Shown: positions 17,075-26,378, numbered from the stretch's first letter. The stretch: 32,000 nt of DNA from Prochlorococcus marinus subsp. pastoris str. CCMP1986 (GCF_000011465.1 NC_005072.1:960001-992000), one strand, 5' to 3'. Notes: generated from the letters alone by a model not told the origin. Translations and numbers: made by a program.

Positions 17075-18433
17075 ATGAGTATCAACGAAAAAGTTCCTGT
17101 TACAATCCTTACTGGATTCTTAGGCTCAGGTAAAACAACTCTTCTTAATAGAATATTAAGTGAAGAGCATGGTAAGAGAATCGCTGTTATTGAGAATGAA
17201 TACGGTGAAGTTGGGATAGATCAAGGTCTTGTAATAAATGCTGATGAAGAAGTATTTGAAATGTCTAATGGTTGCATTTGTTGTACTGTTCGCGGAGATC
17301 TTATTAGAGTCCTTGGTAATTTAATGAAAAGAAGGGATAAATTTGACTACGTTTTAGTTGAAACAACTGGGTTAGCTGACCCTGGTCCTGTTGCTCAAAC
17401 ATTTTTTATGGATGAAGAAATTAGTTCTGAATTCACACTTGATGGAATAGTTACATTAGTTGATGCAGCTCATATTGATCAACAACTTGGGCGTAGTGAT
17501 GAGAGTTCTGAACAAGTGGCATTTGCAGATGTCTTAGTCCTTAATAAAACGGATTTAGTCTCAAATGATGCTCTTGACAACCTTGAATCAAGATTAAGAG
17601 ATATGAATCGAATGACTCGTATTATTCGAGCAGAGAAAGCAGATGTTCCTATTGAGACAGTTTTAAATTTAAGTGCTTTCGATCTTGACCAAATTTTAAA
17701 GCGTAGACCAACTTTCTTAGAACCTGAATATCCTTTTGAATGGTCAGGAGTTTATGAGCTTGAGCCTGGAAAATATGAATTAAAACTTGAAGAAGGGCCT
17801 GATCCTGAAATGTCCTTAGTAGCTTTTGCTAATCAAGGATTTAGTGAAGAAGAATTAAAAGAGAGTGCAGAAGCCTCTGTAAGACTTTATGCAGAAAAAG
17901 CTAAAAACTTAGAATCTGGAAATACTATTCCATATGATGAGCATGTAAGTCTTAAATTGCAAAACAAAGGATCTAAATCTTTTATTTTGGATATTGAAAA
18001 AGCGTCAAAAATTGGATTGTTCACACAACATACTGCTGAAGAATTCAATATGAAAGTGCTAAAAATAGACTCCCAAGATAATGTTAAGGAAATTCCTTTT
18101 AAAACTGAAAGAAACTGGGTCGCAGAACATGAACATGATGATGAAGTTGGATCAATTGCAATAGAGCGTTTTGGAGATGTAGATCCTGAAAAGTTGAATA
18201 CTTGGATGGGAAGACTTCTTTCCGAGAAAGGAGTTGATATATTCAGAACAAAAGGGTTTATTAGTTATTCTGGCAACCCACGCCGAATAGTATTTCAAGG
18301 AGTTCATATGTTATTTACTGCCCAACCAGATAAAGAATGGGGAAATGAACCACGGAGAAATCAACTCGTGTTTATTGGAAGAAATCTAAATGAAAAAGAA
18401 ATGCAAGAGGGATTTGATAAGTGCCTGATATAG
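17075..18433 (+). CDS. COG0523 / CobW-family GTP-binding metallochaperone-type protein
   Basis: GFLGSGKTTLLNRIL, GCICCTVRGDL (CxCC motif), LVLNKTDL, C-terminal GPRRIVFQGVH-like. Confidence 0.92.
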   Translation: MSINEKVPVTILTGFLGSGKTTLLNRILSEEHGKRIAVIENEYGEVGIDQGLVINADEEVFEMSNGCICCTVRGDLIRVLGNLMKRRDKFDYVLVETTGLADPGPVAQTFFMDEEISSEFTLDGIVTLVDAAHIDQQLGRSDESSEQVAFADVLVLNKTDLVSNDALDNLESRLRDMNRMTRIIRAEKADVPIETVLNLSAFDLDQILKRRPTFLEPEYPFEWSGVYELEPGKYELKLEEGPDPEMSLVAFANQGFSEEELKESAEASVRLYAEKAKNLESGNTIPYDEHVSLKLQNKGSKSFILDIEKASKIGLFTQHTAEEFNMKVLKIDSQDNVKEIPFKTERNWVAEHEHDDEVGSIAIERFGDVDPEKLNTWMGRLLSEKGVDIFRTKGFISYSGNPRRIVFQGVHMLFTAQPDKEWGNEPRRNQLVFIGRNLNEKEMQEGFDKCLI

Positions 18434-19494
18434 AACCTTTTAGCCCTAGAGGCATGTTTCATGAAGGTTGGTCTGCTGAAGTTGATGATTATGCAATAGT
18501 TTGTGGTTGGGCTTTAAAAGGGAAACTCTTTATCGTTGGAGACGTAGTTGGAGGGCTTTATGGGTTCGACGGAGATACAGGAAAGCTTATTTGGAAACAA
18601 GATGAAGCCCATTCCGGAGGTCTTCTTGCAATGTCTATCCATCCGAATGGAGAGATTTTTGCAACTTCAGGGCAAGACGGAATAGTTCGAATATTAAATT
18701 GCAATAATGGGGAGGAAATTAAAGCCATTAAACTTGGTAAAGGTTGGGTTGAACATTTAAGTTGGTCAAATGGAGGTTTATATTTAGCCGTAGCTTTTTC
18801 CAAAAAAGTATATGTATTTAATCAAGATGGTAATGAACAATGGGGTTCAGAAGAACATCCGAGTACAGTAAGTGCCATATCGTGGTCGAATAAGAATGAG
18901 TTAGCAACTGCATGCTACGGACGCGTAACTTTCTTTGATATAGCAAACAAAAAGACTAATCAGAAACTTGAATGGCAAGGTTCACTAGTTTCGATGCAGT
19001 TAAGCCCTGATGGAGATATTGTCGCCTGTGGGAGTCAAGATAATTCGGTACATTTCTGGCGTAGATCAACTGGACTTGATGCTGAAATGACAGGTTATCC
19101 TGGAAAGCCTTCTCACCTTTCTTTTGATGATAGTGGCATGCTATTAGCAACTAGTGGTAGCGAAAGAATTACAGTATGGAGTTTTTCAGGAAATGGCCCT
19201 GAAGGAACGATGCCAGGAGAATTATGTCATCATACTGAACCAATTTCTAGCCTAGCTTTTTCTAACAAAGGTTTACTAGTCGCTTCAGGTTCAAGAGATG
19301 GTTCAGTAGTAGCTAGTTTTCTTAAAAACGACGGAAATGGGGATCCTGTAGGAGCTGCTTTTGCTGGAGATTTAGTTGGAGATATTGCTTGGAGACCCGA
19401 TGACTGCGCTTTAGCTGCAGTTAATGCGAAGGGTGTTGTAACCGTTTGGAATTTTAAAGTCCGAACAAGTTCCTCTTCAAAAGGATTCAAGTAA
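18421..19494 (+). CDS. WD40 repeat protein, translationally overlapping the CobW-family gene
   Basis: Repeated GxxDGxVRI / SxDxxVxxW blades; GTG start at 18421 overlapping upstream stop by 13 nt. Confidence 0.8.
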   Translation: MPDIEPFSPRGMFHEGWSAEVDDYAIVCGWALKGKLFIVGDVVGGLYGFDGDTGKLIWKQDEAHSGGLLAMSIHPNGEIFATSGQDGIVRILNCNNGEEIKAIKLGKGWVEHLSWSNGGLYLAVAFSKKVYVFNQDGNEQWGSEEHPSTVSAISWSNKNELATACYGRVTFFDIANKKTNQKLEWQGSLVSMQLSPDGDIVACGSQDNSVHFWRRSTGLDAEMTGYPGKPSHLSFDDSGMLLATSGSERITVWSFSGNGPEGTMPGELCHHTEPISSLAFSNKGLLVASGSRDGSVVASFLKNDGNGDPVGAAFAGDLVGDIAWRPDDCALAAVNAKGVVTVWNFKVRTSSSSKGFK

Positions 19495-19510
19495 TTTCTA
19501 GCTTATAGAT

Positions 19511-19684
19511 TTACCAATAATTAGTTTTCAAATGTCTCTCAATACAAATCACTTCGCAATCATTATCAATACCTTTTGGATGAATATCGCAATATGAAAG
19601 ACATTGTAAATATTCATCTACGGGATTATTTTTATTATTATTAATATCATTATTGTGATTATTTTGAATTTTTGAATTAGTCAT
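19511..19684 (-). CDS. 57-aa Asn/Cys-rich hypothetical protein
   Basis: Hand translation MTNSKIQNNHNNDINNNKNNPVDEYLQCLSYCDIHPKGIDNDCEVICIERHLKTNYW*. Confidence 0.5.
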   Translation of the reverse strand: MTNSKIQNNHNNDINNNKNNPVDEYLQCLSYCDIHPKGIDNDCEVICIERHLKTNYW

Positions 19685-19982
19685 AAATAGATTTCCTCAA
19701 TTCATTTAGGGTTAACATAAACGAGAGAGATAAGAAAAGAAATAAGCAAAACTTACTAAAAAAATAAACAAGAAATATATAAAATTTAAAGCTTAAAATA
19801 AACAAATTGATTATTACTATGGGACATTTTGGATTAAAAATCAATGCGTATAAAAACGGATTGTTTTTTTAAAAGTTTTTAATTAATTTGTGATTGTTGA
19901 GTTTTAGGAGGTCTTTCAAAATGATCGATAGCCTGCCTGCAATTTCGGAATAATTCCGAACTAATTTAATTAACTGCTCCAA

Positions 19983-20132
19983 TTATTTTTTATTAATGTC
20001 TGAACTTACTTCTTTCGCATCGTTTAGGTGCCCTACAAGAAAAAGTTCAATTCTAGAGTCTTTGCCCCAGTTAAAAACTATTAGTTTATTAAGGTTATTT
20101 TTAGCTGAAAAATAATTAACAACAAGGATCAA
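19983..20132 (-). CDS. possible 49-aa ORF (TTG start)
   Basis: Hand translation MILVVNYFSAKNNLNKLIVFNWGKDSRIELFLVGHLNDAKEVSSDINKK*; no other support. Confidence 0.25.
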   Translation of the reverse strand: MILVVNYFSAKNNLNKLIVFNWGKDSRIELFLVGHLNDAKEVSSDINKK

Positions 20133-20185
20133 TGATTTAGGCTAGTTGTTAATTTTGATAGATAAAATAAGTAAGAAAATAAAAG

Positions 20186-20215
20186 GAGAGCTTTTAAAAG
20201 CTCTCTTTTTTATTT
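20186..20215 (+). terminator. rho-independent terminator, possibly bidirectional
   Basis: GAGAGCTTTTAAAAGCTCTC perfect palindrome followed by TTTTTTATTT, preceded by an A-rich tract. Confidence 0.8.
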
Positions 20216-20300
20216 GGGCTAAAAAAACAAACTTTGGCATTATTATATTTTTTTAGCTATCTATTGTAATAAGAAACTTTATTTGGATAGATATAAAATA

Positions 20301-20444
20301 ATGTCAAAAAAACTTAGATTTTTTTCTGATTTATTAGCTAGAGCTGTTAATGAAATCGAATACAAAAATGTTCTTAAAAAATTAAAGAAACAAGATCTTA
20401 TAGCAGATGTAGATGATCAGAGATCACACCATTTTTATTCATAG
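20301..20444 (+). CDS. 47-aa hypothetical protein
   Basis: Hand translation MSKKLRFFSDLLARAVNEIEYKNVLKKLKKQDLIADVDDQRSHHFYS*. Confidence 0.5.
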   Translation: MSKKLRFFSDLLARAVNEIEYKNVLKKLKKQDLIADVDDQRSHHFYS

Positions 20445-20572
20445 AGAAGGGGACTAAATTGAACCATTGGTATAAATCTTTTACTTCAAAAAGCTTACTT
20501 TGGCTAAAAGTCTTATTACAAAATAAATTTTTTATATCTTTAATAATAAGAAAAATAATTTTGTTTTAATCC

Positions 20573-20899
20573 ATGAATAATTACTATTGTCCATACTGTA
20601 ATCCCAAATATCAATTTCAAAAAAAATCAACATCTGGAGAATTAATATGTGGGTTATGTGGTGACCCTCTAGTAAAAAAGCCATTGATTAAAATTAATCA
20701 AATAATTGCTATTATTGCCTCCTTATCGCTAGTACTTCCATTGATTTACACGTTTATTATTTTAATTAAAAACCAAATAAATCCTCCTAGTAGAAACTAC
20801 AATGCAATTACAAATTTTATCGAGAAAAATTCAAAAACAAGATTTTATCAACCTCTACAAAGTGATTTAATTAAACAAGAATCATCATCTTCAATTTGA
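20573..20899 (+). CDS. zinc-ribbon small membrane protein
   Basis: YYCPYCNPKY...LICGLCGDPL plus TM helix. Confidence 0.6.
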   Translation: MNNYYCPYCNPKYQFQKKSTSGELICGLCGDPLVKKPLIKINQIIAIIASLSLVLPLIYTFIILIKNQINPPSRNYNAITNFIEKNSKTRFYQPLQSDLIKQESSSSI

Positions 20900-21069
20900 T
20901 TTTTATAACTAGAATTATTTAACTCTTTATTCATAATTAATGGTTTAACAGATTCTTTACAATGATTTTTACATCCTCCATTAAATAAATTGTGAGCTTG
21001 TAAAAAGTGAGTATTTGTTAAAAAGATAAACAAGATTAATTTAAAAGTTTGTTTTATTTTGGATTTCAT
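20848..21069 (-). CDS. secreted hypothetical protein (internal ATG at 21069 preferred over 21120)
   Basis: MKSKIKQTFKLILFIFLTNTHFLQAHNLF signal-peptide-like start; Cys-containing mature part. Confidence 0.45.
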   Translation of the reverse strand: MKSKIKQTFKLILFIFLTNTHFLQAHNLFNGGCKNHCKESVKPLIMNKELNNSSYKNQIEDDDSCLIKSLCRG

Positions 21070-21110
21070 TTTTAGTAAATTATTTACCAAGCCTGGATTG
21101 ATATTATCAA

Positions 21111-21347
21111 CTAATTCCAAGGAGTGTTAATCAATCCCCAAATATCAAAAAAGAAAAATAAAATTGCAATAACAACTAAATCCCAGGCCCTTTCCCTAAA
21201 AGCCCAAGGCGCTATAAAAACTTCTCCCAAACCATGAAGTGCAGCTCCAGTAGGTAGATGATCTAAAACAAGCAAACTATGAGAGAGAATAAAAAGTAAA
21301 CTCGCAAAATATCTAAAAAAAACAAATTGCCAATTGCCAGAATTCAT
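21111..21347 (-). CDS. small membrane protein
   Basis: 78-aa ORF, hydrophobic, GC-richer conserved-looking residues. Confidence 0.6.
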   Translation of the reverse strand: MNSGNWQFVFFRYFASLLFILSHSLLVLDHLPTGAALHGLGEVFIAPWAFRERAWDLVVIAILFFFFDIWGLINTPWN

Positions 21348-21473
21348 GTTTTTTATATTTTTAAGAAATATAGTTCAATGCATAAAATATTGAAATAGAT
21401 TTAGTTTATGGATATTTCTTTTTGTAGTTTTAAATACTAAATATCGTCCCAAGCTAAAGTAAAAAGTTAATAA

Positions 21474-22919
21474 ATGAAGAGATATATGTTTTCAAATTAT
21501 CGTCCTAAAAATAATTTTGATGAATACTTTAAAGATAATTTAAATTCTGCTAGAGAAATTTTAACCCCCTTATTATCTTCCCTAGATAATATGGGTTTAG
21601 AAGAACTAAACAGAAATCATTCGGCGGCCAAAAAGTTATTACTAAGACATGGAGCAACTTTTAGGCTAAACGACACAGGCTTAAAAGGTACAGAAAGAAT
21701 ATTACCTTTTGACCCTTTACCGAGAATAATAAGTAAGCATGACTGGATAACCTTAGAAGAAGGATTAAAGCAGAGACTTGAGGCAATAGATCTTTTCTTA
21801 GATGATATATATAATTCTCAAAATATAATTAATGATGGAATAATTCCAAGAGAATTAATTGAGAGCTCAGATGGATGGAGGCCTCAAATGTTGGGTTTTA
21901 AGCCTCCATTAAACAAATGGTGTCAAATATCAGGACTTGATTTAATAAGAGATGGTAAAGGTACTTGGCATGTTTTAGAAGACAACTTAAGATGTCCTTC
22001 TGGTGTGGCTTATTTTTTGGAGAATAGATTAGTGATGAAGAATATCTTCCCTAATCTTTTCTCAGGCAGGATAGTTAAACCTATTGATGAATACCCATCA
22101 TTTTTATTAAAGACTCTCCAAGAACTAGCTGTTTGGACTGATACACCAAAAATAGTTTTATTAACACCTGGGATTTTTAATAGTGCATATTTTGAACATA
22201 GTTACTTAGCCCAAGAAATGGGTATTCAATTAGTTCAAGGTCATGATTTAATTTGTAACGATGAATATGTTTACTTAAAGACTACTTCTGGATTAAAAAG
22301 AGTAGATGTAATTTATAGAAGGATTGATGATGATTTTTTAGATCCTGTACATTTTAGAAAAGATTCATATTTAGGTGTTAGTGGTTTACTAGATGTCATG
22401 AAGGCGGGTCATGTTGCTGTTGCGAATGTTCCCGGGACAGGAATAGCAGATGACAAAATGATTTATTCATTTGTTCCTAAAATGATCAAATATTTTCTTG
22501 ATGAAGAACCAATAATAAAAAATGTTGAAACCTATATTTGTTATTACGAAAAGGATAGAGAATATGTCTTAAAGAACCTTCCAAAACTTGTTGTCAAATC
22601 AGTCTCTGAAGCTGGTGGTTATGGAATGTTAATTGGTCCTCAATCAACTTCAACTGAGATAAATGAATTCTCGGATAAAATTAAAAGTAATCCCAGAAAT
22701 TTTATAGCTCAACCTACTCTAGAACTTTCTACGGTTCCATCGTTATGCGATGGTGAACTTTATCCTTGTCACGTTGATTTAAGACCTTACATTTTAAGAG
22801 GAAAGGATTCATGGGTAAGTCCAGGAGGTCTTACTAGAGTTGCTTTAAAAAAAGGTTCATTAGTAGTCAATTCTTCTCAAGGAGGGGGTTGCAAAGATAC
22901 ATGGGTTGTAGGAAATTAG
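21474..22919 (+). CDS. circularly permuted ATP-grasp type 2 protein (DUF404/DUF407)
   Basis: LEDNLRCPSGVAYFLENR...GVANVPGTGIADDKMIYSFVPKMIKYFL...YPCHVDLRPYILRG. Confidence 0.88.
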   Translation: MKRYMFSNYRPKNNFDEYFKDNLNSAREILTPLLSSLDNMGLEELNRNHSAAKKLLLRHGATFRLNDTGLKGTERILPFDPLPRIISKHDWITLEEGLKQRLEAIDLFLDDIYNSQNIINDGIIPRELIESSDGWRPQMLGFKPPLNKWCQISGLDLIRDGKGTWHVLEDNLRCPSGVAYFLENRLVMKNIFPNLFSGRIVKPIDEYPSFLLKTLQELAVWTDTPKIVLLTPGIFNSAYFEHSYLAQEMGIQLVQGHDLICNDEYVYLKTTSGLKRVDVIYRRIDDDFLDPVHFRKDSYLGVSGLLDVMKAGHVAVANVPGTGIADDKMIYSFVPKMIKYFLDEEPIIKNVETYICYYEKDREYVLKNLPKLVVKSVSEAGGYGMLIGPQSTSTEINEFSDKIKSNPRNFIAQPTLELSTVPSLCDGELYPCHVDLRPYILRGKDSWVSPGGLTRVALKKGSLVVNSSQGGGCKDTWVVGN

Positions 22920-22920
22920 A

Positions 22921-23877
22921 ATGCTTTTAAGTCGAGTAGCTGAATCTCTTTATTGGATTAATCGTTATTTAGAACGTGCGGAAAATATATCTCGTTTCGT
23001 GGAGGTTAGTGAAGCAATGTCTTTAGATTGTCCACCAGGCAGTGCTGAACCATGGCTGCCTTTAATTGATGCTTCAAGTGATAGAGAAACATTTGATTCT
23101 AGATTTCCTGAAAAAAAACAGGATGATGTTATTAATTTTTTAATAAGGGATCGAATAAATCCCAACAGCATAATCTCCTGTATCCAATTGGCTAGAGAAA
23201 ACGCTAGGCAAATAAGGGATGTAATGACATCTGAAATGTGGGAACAAATAAATATTTTATATTGGAATCTACAAGAAGGGGAATCTATATGGGACCTTCC
23301 AAGGCAGGAGCAATTAAGCGAAATAAGAAGAGGATGTCAGTTGTTTTATGGCATTACAGACGCCACTCTTAGCAAAGATCTTGCATGTCAATTTAGTATT
23401 TTAGGTAGATTAATAGAAAGAGCTGATAAGACATCGAGAATCCTAGATGTAAAATATTACTTATTACTTCCAAGCCTAGATGAGCTTGGTGGAGTCTTGG
23501 ATGAGTTGCAGTGGATTGCTCTTCTTCGTTCGGCAGGTGCTTATCAAATGTTCAGGAAAGCAGAACAAAATTCTATCCAGCCAAATTCAGTAGCACGATT
23601 TCTCTTACTAGATAATAATTTCCCAAGATCTGTTAGATACTGTTTGGATGGTATAAGTAATACCCTAAAAATGATTGATACCTCTCCAAGTTCAGATAAT
23701 CCCTCAAAACTTGAGTGCATGAGGGGTTTACTTAAAGCAAAGTGGAGTTATATCAGAATTGAAGATATAATTAATGACGGACTGCATGAGGCTATTGATT
23801 CCCTACAAATTGATTTAAACAAACTGCATAATCTCATAGAAGATAAATATTTTATAAATAAAGAATTTGATCAATGA
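22921..23877 (+). CDS. alpha-E domain protein (DUF403)
   Basis: MLLSRVAESLYWINRYLERAENISRFVEV signature. Confidence 0.9.
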   Translation: MLLSRVAESLYWINRYLERAENISRFVEVSEAMSLDCPPGSAEPWLPLIDASSDRETFDSRFPEKKQDDVINFLIRDRINPNSIISCIQLARENARQIRDVMTSEMWEQINILYWNLQEGESIWDLPRQEQLSEIRRGCQLFYGITDATLSKDLACQFSILGRLIERADKTSRILDVKYYLLLPSLDELGGVLDELQWIALLRSAGAYQMFRKAEQNSIQPNSVARFLLLDNNFPRSVRYCLDGISNTLKMIDTSPSSDNPSKLECMRGLLKAKWSYIRIEDIINDGLHEAIDSLQIDLNKLHNLIEDKYFINKEFDQ

Positions 23878-24734
23878 AAATTAAATATATCCATAACCTT
23901 GAATATTCCTATGAAGAATCAGTTCAATTGGGGGAACATCGATTATGTATCAAGCCCAGATCTCATGGATTTCAAAGGCTAATCAACTTTAATTTAAATA
24001 TTTCTCCAAATCCTAAAATTCTTTATCCTTTACTTGCCGCCAGTGGTGAAGAGATTAATAGAATTACCTTTGAGGGATATACCGATTCATTATCTATTAA
24101 AGCAATAAGCGAGGTTGAGACACTTAAACATCCTTGCATTCTTGATGGTGTAAAAGAAAGGGACCTTACATTACCCTTTTGTAGAAGTATCATTAATAGA
24201 GATCTTCAGGGAGCTTTGGAAGGATGGATGCCAAATGGGCAGCATGATCCTTCTGCTATTGAATTAGCGCAAGAGTCATTAGCAGGAAGTAGCAATAATG
24301 CCTTATCTTTCACATTTCAACTTATAGAAATTATTCAGGATCGAGTTAAGTATACGAAAAGGCATACTGGCCCAGCATGGCCAGCAAGCAGGACTCTTAG
24401 AGAAAGGGTTGGGTCATGCAGAGACTTAGCAATGTTAATGGTTGAGTCATGCAGGTCAGTCGGAATTCCAAGCAGATTTGTTAGTGGTTATCATTTTGAA
24501 GATCCTTTACCAAAAGAATTTGAATTACATGCATGGGCTGAATTATATATCCCAGGAGCAGGATGGAGAGGGTTTGATCCAAGCGGTAAAGGATTAATAG
24601 ACGAAAGGTATTTAACATTAGTATCTTCTTCAAAATCGAACCTAACAGCAGTGATTACTGGAAACTTTAGAGGCAAAACAAACCTTAAGAATAATTTGAC
24701 ATGGGAAATAAAGCCTTTAGAAATCTGTTATTAA
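23874..24734 (+). CDS. transglutaminase-like family protein
   Basis: RTLRERVGSCRDLAMLMVESCRSVGIPSRFVSGY...LHAWAELYIPGAGWRGFDPSG (Cys-His-Asp core). Confidence 0.9.
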   Translation: MKIKYIHNLEYSYEESVQLGEHRLCIKPRSHGFQRLINFNLNISPNPKILYPLLAASGEEINRITFEGYTDSLSIKAISEVETLKHPCILDGVKERDLTLPFCRSIINRDLQGALEGWMPNGQHDPSAIELAQESLAGSSNNALSFTFQLIEIIQDRVKYTKRHTGPAWPASRTLRERVGSCRDLAMLMVESCRSVGIPSRFVSGYHFEDPLPKEFELHAWAELYIPGAGWRGFDPSGKGLIDERYLTLVSSSKSNLTAVITGNFRGKTNLKNNLTWEIKPLEICY

Positions 24735-24820
24735 TTAAGGCTTTTAGTCTTTACAATTATTTTGAAGGATATTTAAAAAATAATCTTAATTATTGATTTA
24801 ATAGAGGTGTTCCTTAATTT

Positions 24821-25405
24821 GTGTTAAATGATACGTTATCTTCAAAATTTATCTGTTTTCATTTAATTAATATTTCAAATAAATTGAACTCAACTTTAAA
24901 AATCGAACTTGCCAACCCAAACAAATCTGAAATGTTTGAATTGAAAAGTTACGAAAAATTTCGTGATACGGAAGATGTCAGATTTTTCGATATTAGTATT
25001 AATAACTCAAATTTTAGAGACTTAGTAATTCATAATGGGCCAGCTGTGAGTCCACCTAATGATAAAGAATTAGGCAATTGGCAGTTTTATATTCATCACA
25101 AACAAGAGGATAACCTTTTAGCTATTTCAGGAGGAAGAACTTTTTATCTCGTAAACTTAGGCTGGGAGTACCCTTTCTACAAAGTAAGATTAGAATCATG
25201 TGGATTAATCTTAAAAATCCCTAGAGGAACTTTTCATAGATCTGTTTCTGATGAAAATGGTTCTGTTGTTTTAAATCAAGCTATAAGAGATAAGGGGGGA
25301 AGTGTTGAATCTGAATTCAAAGTTACCAATAGCAAAGATAATAAAAAACTTCACGATTGTATAACAAATTTACAACCTAAATTTAAAATTTATAGTGTTA
25401 AATAA
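24821..25405 (+). CDS. hypothetical protein, possible cupin-like fold (GTG start)
   Basis: 194-aa ORF; GLILKIPRGTFHRSVSDENGSVVLNQAIRDK. Confidence 0.6.
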   Translation: MLNDTLSSKFICFHLINISNKLNSTLKIELANPNKSEMFELKSYEKFRDTEDVRFFDISINNSNFRDLVIHNGPAVSPPNDKELGNWQFYIHHKQEDNLLAISGGRTFYLVNLGWEYPFYKVRLESCGLILKIPRGTFHRSVSDENGSVVLNQAIRDKGGSVESEFKVTNSKDNKKLHDCITNLQPKFKIYSVK

Positions 25406-25488
25406 CTTTAAAAACTTTATTCAAATTTTAAAAACAATTTAAATCATTATCTCATTAAGATAAGATAAAGAAACTGTAAAATCTCAAC

Positions 25489-26007
25489 ATGAATCGATTT
25501 AGCTTTTTAAAATACTTTTTATGTCTGACTTTTTCTTTTCTGATTTTTACCTCTCCTGTTTTTGCAGGTGCAAATGTGGCGACCAAAGGAGAGGGAGATG
25601 AGGTTCCTAGTTACGTAAGATCTAATATTACTGGTTTTGATTTTCATGGAGAGGATCTTCATTTATCCTCAATAGCAGGAGCAGTAGCAAGAGATGCTGA
25701 CTTTAGCGAAGTCGATCTTCATGGAACAACATTAACTTTATCTGACTTAAAAGGTTCTAATCTTAATGGAATAGATTTAACTGATACTCTCGCAGATAGA
25801 GTGAATTTTCAAAAAACAGATTTAAGGAATTCCATTTTGATAAACATGATAGCTTCTGGTAGTAGCTTTGCTGGTGCTCAAATAGAGGGAGCAGATTTTT
25901 CTTACGCGATTCTGGATAGTGAAGACCAGAGAAATCTCTGCAAAATTGCTGAAGGAGTTAATCCAACTACAGGGGTTTCTACTAGAGATAGTCTTGAATG
26001 TAATTAA
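25489..26007 (+). CDS. secreted pentapeptide repeat protein
   Basis: Signal peptide then DADFSEVDLHGTTLTLSDLKGSNLNGIDLTDTLADRVNFQKTDLRNS repeats. Confidence 0.85.
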   Translation: MNRFSFLKYFLCLTFSFLIFTSPVFAGANVATKGEGDEVPSYVRSNITGFDFHGEDLHLSSIAGAVARDADFSEVDLHGTTLTLSDLKGSNLNGIDLTDTLADRVNFQKTDLRNSILINMIASGSSFAGAQIEGADFSYAILDSEDQRNLCKIAEGVNPTTGVSTRDSLECN

Positions 26008-26018
26008 GTAGTTTAATA

Positions 26019-26378
26019 TTAGATAAATTTTTTCTTCCCATTAATATATTTATAGATCTTTTGATCTGGATCTATAAATATTGTTTCTCCATTTAATTTT
26101 GACTTCTTAAATTTTGAGAGTCTTGCTCTATGAATATTAGATTTTCTATTTGTAATATCTTCATTATCATAAATTCCTATATTGATATTAATATCCGGAT
26201 CTGAAAATGTTTTTTCATCATCTCGTGAAAAAATTTTTTCAATATTTGACTCTTTACTAAGGAGTTTCTTTTTAAATTTAGATAACTTATTATTCTTATT
26301 TTTTTTTATATTTATAATTTTTTGAATTAGTAAAATTAGAACTAAAGCACAAGCAAAGCCAATTAAATATATATTCAT
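26019..26378 (-). CDS. membrane-anchored hypothetical protein
   Basis: 119-aa ORF with N-terminal TM. Confidence 0.6.
   Translation of the reverse strand: MNIYLIGFACALVLILLIQKIINIKKNKNNKLSKFKKKLLSKESNIEKIFSRDDEKTFSDPDININIGIYDNEDITNRKSNIHRARLSKFKKSKLNGETIFIDPDQKIYKYINGKKKFI

Noticed and set aside
18558-19490. ORFs 18558-18803(-), 18956-19150(+), 19230-19490(-) inside the WD40 gene
   Set aside because: Alternative or opposite frames of a long, repeat-patterned CDS.
22965-23171. Minus-strand ORF in the alpha-E gene; similarly 24491-24676, 26811-27053 and 29254-29649
   Set aside because: All are shadow ORFs inside conserved long genes.
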